A DNA stretch of 64,000 bases from Trichoplax sp. H2 (taxonomy: Eukaryota), in assembly GCA_003344405.1 (NCBI GenBank), contig NOWV01000176.1, positions 1 to 64,000 of the forward strand. Reading direction: 5' to 3'. The notes beneath the pieces were generated by a model. The model made no database searches, was not told where the DNA came from, and worked only from the letters and a program-made list of their open reading frames with translations. The position numbers were made by a program, and so were the translations under genes. Position 1 is the stretch's first letter; each line of letters opens with the position of its first letter. Below are positions 56,803-64,000 of this stretch, one piece after another.

Positions 56803-59054
56803 ATGGCTTTCTCTCGTCCTTTATGGATGTTTTGTAATTGTATAATTCTTGCCACCTTAGCAGCAGCTGATGTCTCAGTGGTATGTACGCGTATACTGTT
56901 ATATTCATGATAGCAATTTGATCATTCAAGGCCTTAGGAGTGATTGACATTTCTACTGATCGACCCGCCATATAGGTATCTGGAAATTTTTCGCAATCGT
57001 TTAATGATATCAGAGCTGACTTTGGACCAAGTGTTTCGGAAGCTGGATTATCAGTAAGTTTTTAACCTAACCTATTTGTATCGCTTGCATGCAGTTATGC
57101 GTATGCAAGAATCTATCAATACCGATTGAAAATCGTATTTACAGTAAGAAAGTTACATTTCCATTATTGCCATTCAAACAATTTATGTAGCAAATGAGTC
57201 TTAATATACTGTATATCAATAAGAGTACGATATTATGATTCAAATGCCTGCTAGGTAAAAAGAAGAGTCTATTTTACTCTGCTTTGTTCTACTTTGCTAT
57301 ACTTTAAAAAGCTCATTTATGCCAGTAAAGCCAAGTAACCCATTCAAATTGAGTCGCTGATCTTGATTTTATAAACTAAGTACAGTAGTTGATATTGATA
57401 TATGCACTTTCATTGTCATTCGTGTAGTATCTCGGCAAGTTACCATACAGTAGCATCACATTTTTCTCGCTATTCCGTCGTACTTTCAATACATATTGCC
57501 CTGTGCGTAATAAAAAGAGACTGCATTTAATTTTGGTCACAAATCTATTTTAGGGTCGTGGCGTAATTGCACATCCATTAGATGGATGCTCGCCAATTCG
57601 AAGACCTCCGAATGATCTTACATTCTATTTTGCGATCATAAAGCGTGGTTCATGTCATTTCGACTTGAAGGTATGTTAAAATGGCTTGATCGTAATTGCT
57701 GTATCGAATGGGATTAAATGTTACACATCCACCTCTAGGTTTATCATGCTCAAAACGCAAATTATAAGGCTGTAATAGTGTACAATGATTTATCGGACCG
57801 CCTCGAGAAGATGGACGGAAAAAACTGTAAGACAGTCCTAAAATGCCACATTGTAATTTGTGTCAAGGATTAGAAAGCTTGGCATCAGTTTATGCCTTAT
57901 CTTGAACTCATAACAACTGGATTAAGTATCCGTTTGCCTAATTTTTTTGCAGATACAAATCGAATTAATATTCCTTCGGTATTTATTGGAAATGTAAGAA
58001 TTTGGATCTCATTTCTAAATTTTCTATACTGTATAATTACACTTTCACTCTGTCCAATAAAATACTGAAATAACTTGCTAAGCCTTATTGACGCTATGTT
58101 ATTACTATTTTCTGCAACAGGCATCTGGAGTTCAATTACTCAAGACTATTAAGCGTGATAGTGGGTAAGTTCTACAGACACGGCTTGTGGTATTAGTATT
58201 TTTTTCCAATCCATTATAAAGCTATCCTCTCATTTTGTATACCATGAGTGCAGTGTAGGGTTCAATATCCAGCCAAACTTCTTCTGTTATCTTGATCTGA
58301 GTAATTTTTGTGCTGTATTGACGTTATATCTAGTGCGTTAATCAACATTTACCCTGAATACAATTTCCCGTGGGACTTTTATTTCATACCCTTTGCTATC
58401 GTGATTTGCATTAGTTTCCTGATTATGTCATTGATATTGGTAAGATGGTTTATTTATTTTATTTTTGCCTATCAATCAACAATCTCTTGTATAGTAATAG
58501 TCCTATGTCATCCCGATTATTATATTATAGGTTTGCAAATGCCGTGAAATGTGTATAGCTCGTCGTGAGACTCGATTAGCTAGAGCTAACCTGAATCGCC
58601 TAAAAGTAGTAAAATTCAAGAAAGGTTTGTATACAATTACCTTCGTTCTTGCTTAATATGATATACTGTATATTTTCAATACCCTGATCAATGTTACTCT
58701 ATACGCGTGCTACAGGCGATGAATATGATGTTTGTGCAATTTGTTTGGACGAGTATAACGAAGGTGAAAAGTTGCGAATCTTGCCTTGCAAGCATGGTAA
58801 TTCACCTTGTAGATCAGAAATTTCTTGTAGAGTATTATTGCATTATCTTACTTTTTCAAAGCTATCAGCCAATATGATTGACCTATAATAATTTAACCTT
58901 TGTATATTTGATAGCTTATCATTGCAAGTGTATAGATCCTTGGTTAACAGACAATAAGCGAGAATGCCCTGTGTGTAAGCGTAGAGTCAACTTGTCTGCC
59001 CGAGATGACTGTGAAAATCCATCAGAAAACACACCGCTATTAGCAAATGCTTAA
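56803..59054 (+). CDS. RNF13: PA-domain transmembrane RING-H2 E3 ligase (RNF13/RNF167 family), ~10 coding exons
   Basis: Signal peptide [22 protein letters not shown] (56803-56880). Motifs [50 protein letters not shown] segment [63 protein letters not shown], and terminal SENTPLL dileucine motif. Confidence 0.93.
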
Positions 59055-61344
59055 TACCGCGACAGCACATCATTCTTATAGTGATCATGATTAATCTCAA
59101 AAATTTAGGGCTATTACTTATTGTGCACAACTAGAGGATGAATTTGTTAGCTGTAAATGTTTCTTCCATTAGAAAAATATTGGAGAGAGAATCATCAAAA
59201 AGAAACTTTAACTTTGTAAATGTAATGGTATAAAAAAAGATTTTGTATCTCTTATTCTTTAATATACTGTAATCTAGAATTACTTCTATGCTTAATTTAG
59301 CCCTTTGCGAGAGCTCAATAATTTTACATTATCGATGGAAACGGAGATTTTGATTACAACTTTACCAGTTAGTAGTTAATCTTATCTTACGAGCTCAGCA
59401 TATCAGACTACTTTGACTTTTCTAACACGATCAACTTTCCTCTCTATTCATGTATATTATGCATAGTGTAATCAACTAGGGGATAGGCTCCAAAATGACA
59501 ATATCGAATGTAATATCGGATACATTAGAATAGCGCTAGATGCATTGATATTATTAGCTAATTTCATAATGTACGTACTCGTATGCTGTAATATATGGTA
59601 GAGCATAATATCTGTAATTGATAAAATGATTTTTAAGCAATTATAAGGAGTACATGTATGAATCTGATTATATTCTTAAGAATATATCGACCAAAAGTTA
59701 ACATTGTCCTATTCTAATACTGTATGTCACCCAACGTTATACTGTACTGTAGTTGAAAACGACGTAACATAATATATGATATGTAGAAAAATATTCTCTG
59801 TAAACCTGATCAAATTAAAGTCGTAAAATAGATGTTTGTAATTTTAATAATAAAAGTCAAAGATTTATCATAACGTCGTTCATTATACTGTTTTTCTCAT
59901 TTAGCACTTGAAAATCATATCGTTCTGTGATAGAGTTACTTGACTGTTGCCAATTGAATCTTTGCTTGTGTTTAAAATTTCTTCCTTGCTCCTATAGACT
60001 GCACACTCTTTAGTCTAAAGTTGCTACCAGTGTCTTATGACGCAACGATAAGTTTATAGACGAAAGAAATTTCAAATTACTCTTAAAGTGCTTGAATATG
60101 CCTATACCTATGCATAAAGAATAGCCAATATGATTGATTTCTCCTCCACACACCACCATTGAATGAATCAATACCTGTCAGCTACATTATCATAACCTCA
60201 TCCTAGAGTAGCAGAACCCTTCTGTATTTCAAAATTACTAATTCTTACATTTGGTATGGATTACATGTGATTTTTTGCCAAGTCAATGATAATAGGAAAC
60301 TATTCAGCTTGAAGGAAATTCTTCCTAGATAACTAATCTATGCTGATGATTGAAAAAGCAAGTAGGAAACGAAACTCTTGTCCTATCACCCATATCTGAG
60401 TATGTTAACAGTCCAAGATTAGACGCTATGGTCATACGTGCATGTTACTACCACATCACAATGCATGTTACTAAATCTCTTGTAAGCGGATAATGGTTCC
60501 TTTTCAGTATTGATTCTATCTAATGATGATCGATTCCTTATTGGGAATGATACAAGCATTCAAGCAGTAATTCACAGAACTAAGAACAGTCAGTAGTTTG
60601 TTGCGAATTATAAACTGAAAGCTATCCACTAAGAATTGGAATTACTTTTTCTTCTGTCGGTGTATCCAAATAGTTCTTCATATTCTGTAAAATAAGATTG
60701 TGGAACCGTTGCCGTTCCCATCTTATGGTTGCTTTTGGATCAGACCTTTGTTAAATCTGATCAAATTCAATTATTCCTAGAACAAAGTGTCTGCATATAC
60801 AAGAATAATGCTTCTTCATTTCAATCACTATCCCAATACGTCATGTTGTTTTACAATCTTGGATAGAGACTAGGGAGTCGTAGTCGTCAGTCCTATCAAC
60901 ACCGATGGTGTATTCTGTATATCGACCTATCCCATCGTGATTGAATCCATATTTATTCTTATTGTTAATTAGCATGGACTTCTCGATAGTAAATAGAATT
61001 TTGGACCAGACACTGATTGATTACGATGGAGAAAAATCGGTGCATAATTTTACAACAAAATGCATCCAATTTTCTATGAGTGGATAGAGGGAGATGTAAT
61101 GAACATATCGATTTATATCTATATTACATCCAATTGATTCCTATTGAAGCCTTCCTTTCATATTTTATAATGGACTGTAGCACGAGAATAATCCCATGGT
61201 AGAGTCCAGCATAGGGAACGTATAACGTTGAATTTTGAAACATTACTTGACGTAAAGTACTCGACTGTGCACTGTATTAGGCAGCCTCATCGAATACAGT
61301 ATGGTACAGGAAATCTTTTTCTGTTTTGTTAATCTCAAGGCAAT

Positions 61345-62575
61345 TCTTACAGTATTTTGCCCACTTCTGTATTAGAATGGCGTTTCCTTTACCTCTACTA
61401 TCTAATCTCACTCTATTTTGGATTACCAAGTTTTAGCTCCGTCATTGCATATTACGAGGGACTATTACTGTACAGTGTACAATGTAAGTGAGTAAAAATG
61501 AGAGAAAAGCGGGACTGATTGGAAGTGTCTGTTGACTCTCTTCAGAGCAACAAATGACTGAACTGCGTCCATCTTACCGTATGTAGCCCACTTGTCTATT
61601 AGAATGACGTTTCCTTTACATCTTGTTCTGCCTAATCTCTCTCCATTTTTGTTGGCCGAGTTTTAGCTCATCATTGAATATTATTCTTGAATATTATTAT
61701 GAGGGAACTCTGCGAGTAATACTGTAGTGTAGTGTAGAATCTACATGAGTAAAACAGAAAGAGAATAGTGCGACTGATTGGAAGTGTTTCTTGACTCTCT
61801 TCAGTACATCAAATGGCTGTACTGCGTCCATCTTACAGTATATTGCCCACTTGTCTATTAAATGACGTTTCCTTTACCGCTTCTTCTGCCTAATCTCTCT
61901 CCATTTTTGTTGACCAAGTTTTAGCTCGTCATTGAATGTTATGAGGGAACTCTGCGAGTAATACTGTAGTGTAGTGTAGAACCTACATGAGTAAAACAGA
62001 AAGAGGATAGTTCGACTGATTGGAAGTGTTTCTTGACTCTCTTCAATACATCAATTGGCTGTACTGCGTCCATCTTACAGTATATTGCCCATTTGTCTAT
62101 TAAAATGACGTTTCCTTTACCTCTTGTTCTGCCTAATCTCTCTCCATTTTTGTTGACCGAGTTTTAGCTCATCATTGAATATTATTCTTGAATATTATTA
62201 TGAGGGAACTCTGCGAGTAATACTGTAGTGTAGTGTAGAATCTACATGAGTAAAACAGAAAGAGAATAGTGCGACTGATTGGAAGTGTTTCTTGACTCTC
62301 TTCAGTACATCAAATGGCTGTACTGCGTCCATCTTACAGTATATTGCCCATTTGTCTATTAAAATGACGTTTCCTTTACCTCTTGTTCTGCCTAATCTCC
62401 CTCCATTTTTGTTGACCAAGTTTTAGCTCGGTCATTGAATGTTATGATGAGGGAGCGGTCAGAGTAGTAGTGTCCAATCAACAGTACAGTGGTAGGGCAT
62501 CAGACAGAGAAACGCGAGACTGATTGCAAGTGATTGCAAGTGTCTCCTCTCAGTGTCAACAAATGACCGTCGGCC
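61345..62575. repeat. Tandem array of 5 units (227-259 bp) upstream of profilin
   Basis: Anchor tcttac(a/c)gtat at 61345, 61572, 61831, 62073 and 62332, giving periods of 227, 259, 242 and 259. Confidence 0.95.
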
Positions 62576-63265
62576 AGAGTGTACAGTGTACAGTACCAAA
62601 TACCCAAGACTACAGTACTTTTTCCTCCTTCGACTGGAAACGGCACTCTGCCAATGGATGCTGAATCGCTGATGCGTCAACTACTGACGTCATTGCTTCT
62701 CCTCCCCCTCCATCGCAAACATGCCTTGGCAGTTGGTACTATACAGTGTAGACGCATGCCGTCCAACTCAGCGAAGCATCGTCAGGCAGTCACGTCCCGG
62801 GTAGACAGTGCGCACTGGAGTGAAAAAGAAAAGCTGCAGAAATGGCTGTCTTGACGTAAAACTATACTGTACTGTATTGATGGACTACTCCATCCAATCT
62901 TCGACTCTCTCTCTTCATAGCCATGTACATTGTGCGATGACCGTGAATCCACAAAGAGTGGATTCACTGTGAATGCAGAGGTTGGAACGGCCGCTGGATA
63001 CAACTTGAGCGGTAGTATTCTACAGTACTGTGGAAAACCAACTGCACATGCGCACGCTTTACTCCAGGACTGGACTGGCCAGTCTACAGTACCTCTCAAG
63101 ATGGCTTGGTACTGTAGGGCGGACATGGACTGTAGGCATGGGACAAAAGCCGACCTGCGCCCTTTAGCATTTGCAAGTTTTTCGCTCGTGCCGTAGTACT
63201 GACTAGATTGGCTCGCCATCATCGTTCTTTCGCCATTTTTTCCACCTCAATTATTTTCCTTCATC

Positions 63266-63376
63266 ATGAGTTGGCAAACTTATATTGACTCTAACTTGCT
63301 GGGTACCGGTAAAGTGACACAAGCTGCTATTTGTGGCTTAGATGGAAACTTATGGGCATACAGCAAAGGCTTTCAG
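63266..63376 (+). CDS. PFN: Profilin, first coding exon (gene continues beyond the window)
   Basis: MSWQTYIDSNLLGTGKVTQAAICGLDGNLWAYSKGFQ followed by the donor gtaatg. Classic invertebrate profilin N-terminus. Confidence 0.95.
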
Positions 63377-64000
63377 GTAATGTTCAGTGAACTCATCCTC
63401 ATGTACCCCTAAAAAAGAACTTTCCATGTGGCCTTGATCAAGAGGCCTTCAAAAAAATCTCACTACAGCCTAATTTCCTCACCAGTCATGTTGCTTTCAT
63501 TCTTGACCAATGTTAAAAATGCTTGCAATAGGCCAAAAAAAGAATTTTATCCATACAGTCATGGTACACCTCTTGCGATACGAACTGGATGACGGAGGAA
63601 GAAACCTGTTTTCGATCATTCTCCTCTGGCGCTTTTTTCCAATCCTGGACTTGCTTTGCAGTCCAACATTTTCACATATCTCGTCCGTCATCCAATGCGT
63701 TAAGCTTCTTCAAAATCATTCAAATAGACAGGCTACTGTAGTGGCTCAATCTTGCTTTAAATAATCATGGGCAATATGGATCGATCGTTAGTATGGAATC
63801 ATGACAACTCAGCTATCCAATAGATACACGTTTTCTTCTTTTCAACTTTTAATTTCTTCCGAAGAATCAGTTTTGAAATATTCTATACTGTACTCTACTA
63901 GACCAAGACACGGTTGAACAGGGCCCAACCCTGTTCAACCTTCAAACTCTCTCATGCCTGTCATGTCTTTCTCTTGCTTGAAATAGCTCAAATCCAACCG

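Noticed and set aside
59850-60780. Possible minus-strand spliced gene between RNF13 and profilin
   Set aside because: There are some AG/GT-bounded segments, but I found no consistent open frame or recognisable homology.
62579-63222. ORFs in GC-rich islands (also 21035-21382 and 53452-54104)
   Set aside because: They overlap on both strands, have no recognisable domains, and are explained by stop-codon depletion in GC-rich promoters.

Overview
AT-rich, intron-containing animal genomic DNA with two 20-N assembly gaps. Compact GT-AG introns, intronless divergent class-A GPCRs and (ACAGT)n tracts at promoters suggest a placozoan such as Trichoplax; this is an inference. The left third holds two single-exon rhodopsin-family GPCR genes in gene-poor DNA. 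The rest holds spliced genes reconstructed by hand: SLC35A3, PFDN2, PROSER3-like, NDUFS2 (15 exons), a HAX1/MLF-like gene, ASCC1, RNF13/RNF167 and the first exon of profilin. Main observations: (1) a two-exon secreted 6-cysteine peptide precursor (signal peptide, RR site, 36-aa mature peptide) that the ORF track misses; (2) one family of non-coding elements, single or tandemly amplified, at several housekeeping promoters, together with GTCC..GGAC palindromes and ACAGT tracts; (3) a 70-nt pre-miRNA-like hairpin; (4) RNF13/167-profilin adjacency, which is also seen in vertebrates. Exon boundaries were read by eye and may be off by a few bases.
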